Program-made: the position numbers and the translations under genes | From: Azolla caroliniana | Lineage: Eukaryota; Plantae; Polypodiophyta | Assembly: GCA_043228905.1 (NCBI GenBank) | Contig: JBHGNT010000014.1 | Coordinates: 13,392,001-13,456,000 of the forward strand | Direction: 5' to 3' | DNA: 64,000 nucleotides | The notes under the pieces: model-generated | Seen by the model: the letters and a program-made list of their open reading frames with translations, nothing else | Told to the model about the DNA's origin: nothing | The model's database searches: none | Shown here: positions 62,822 to 64,000 of the stretch, one piece after another | Layout of the letters: each line of letters starts with the position of its first letter | Numbering within the stretch: the stretch's first letter is position 1

Positions 62822-64000
62822 TGAGTGATGATAAGAAAGATATTTATTATATGAAGAGAATATACAACGGTGGCTAAAAGGCTTAAGACTGGCGTTGAAC
62901 CAATTTGGTTCAACATAATGCCTAGTGCCCTCTTTTATAGTGTTTTCAGGAGTAATCCGGAAGCTTCTAGAATGTTCCAGAGAAATCTGGAATATACACT
63001 AATTTCCTATAATAAAATGTAAATGAAAATAATATCCTACATATTACAATAGATGGTCTAATGGTCAAGAGCTCGACCCATATAACCTAAGGTCATGGTT
63101 TCGAGTCTTGCCATATCATGACACTATCCCCCCTTTAAAACGACGAGTGTCACGAGTCGTCTTGGATTGAGGACCCGGTTTGTGTGGATATTGACGATGG
63201 AAGTCTTCAAGAAGAGCACGAGCATTGGTTACATTCTCGATCGGTTCCCAAGTACGTTCGCTGGGACTATAGCCTAGCCAATCGACTAGATAGTAGAGCT
63301 TGTTGCGAACAATCTTGGAATCAAGGATGGTGGCAACCTCGTACTCCGGCCTATCTTCAAGCTCGATCGGGGGTGGAGGTTGGATAAGACGTTCTGGGAT
63401 GCTGCTCTCGTGGTAGGGTTCGAAGAGAGAACTATGAAACACCGGATGTATTCGAAGTTGAGGAGGTAGATCGAGACGAAAAGCGACATCATTAATCTTT
63501 CCAATAATACGGAAAGGACCTAATCGCCGATAATCCAACTTCTCACATGGGCGAGTAGTCTTGATGTGTCGTCGTAGTAGCCACACCCGATCTCCAATAT
63601 TAAAACTCGATGGAGGTCGATGACGATCCGCGTAGACCTTGTGTGTTTGTTGAGCTTGCTGGAGATGAGTAGATAAATCCGCTTGTATCTTGCGTAACCG
63701 CTCCAAACGATCCTCGCACGGATTTGTGGACACCTCTGGGGTTTCAAGTACACTCCACCGGGGGTGACATCACGTATAAGCATAAAATGGCGTAACTTTA
63801 GTGGATGCGGGGATAGAGTTGTTATAGGCAAATTCGGCGAAGTGGAGAATATCTGCCCAGTCGTCCTGATGATAGCTGAGAAAGCACCGCAGATACTGCT
63901 CCAACGTTTGATTTGTTCGTTCAGCTTGGCCGTCAGTTTGTGGGTGGTAGCCGGAAGAGAGGTTACAAGTGACCTTGAGCATATTAAAAAGGTGCTTCCA
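62684..64000 (-). mobile_element. Chromovirus (Tcn1-like Ty3/gypsy) 3' end: LTR 62684-63123, PPT, integrase + chromodomain; continues beyond the window
   Basis: TGTCATGA..TCATGACA LTR; PPT ctatcccccc; SSGYHPQTDGQAERTNQTLEQYLR, LGPFRI..IHPVFHSSL, EYEVATILDSK..YYLVDWLGYSPSERTWEP. Confidence 0.93.

Noticed and set aside
63050-63118. Functional tRNA gene
   Set aside because: No acceptor or anticodon stem; kept only as a tRNA-like motif

Overview
Eukaryotic plant nuclear DNA, probably a fern or other seed-free plant (inferred from the PPR N-terminus style and Tcn1-type chromoviruses). It holds four host genes or gene parts: the last exon of an XTH, an intronless PLS-E PPR gene, an uncharacterised Gly/Asp-rich protein with a spliced uORF, and a two-exon non-RD G-type lectin S-domain RLK. 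The rest is nested transposons: four related Ty1/copia elements plus a solo LTR, a truncated Tnt1-like copia, a pogo-like transposase relic, two hAT-type MITEs, a three-level copia>gypsy>chromovirus nest, and a near-perfect 8x171-bp tandem array. The most novel object is a 10.5-kb Athila/Tat-like LTR element (28050-38529, TSD ACCAC). It keeps gag (four Zn knuckles) and a protease-like region, has lost RT/RNaseH/integrase, and carries a ~4.3-kb (~1,400-codon) unknown ORF behind a splice acceptor that ends right at the PPT. Second, all four related copias have a covarying stem-loop that holds the PPT/U3 junction in its loop. All coordinates and mismatch counts were read by eye; no database searches were run.
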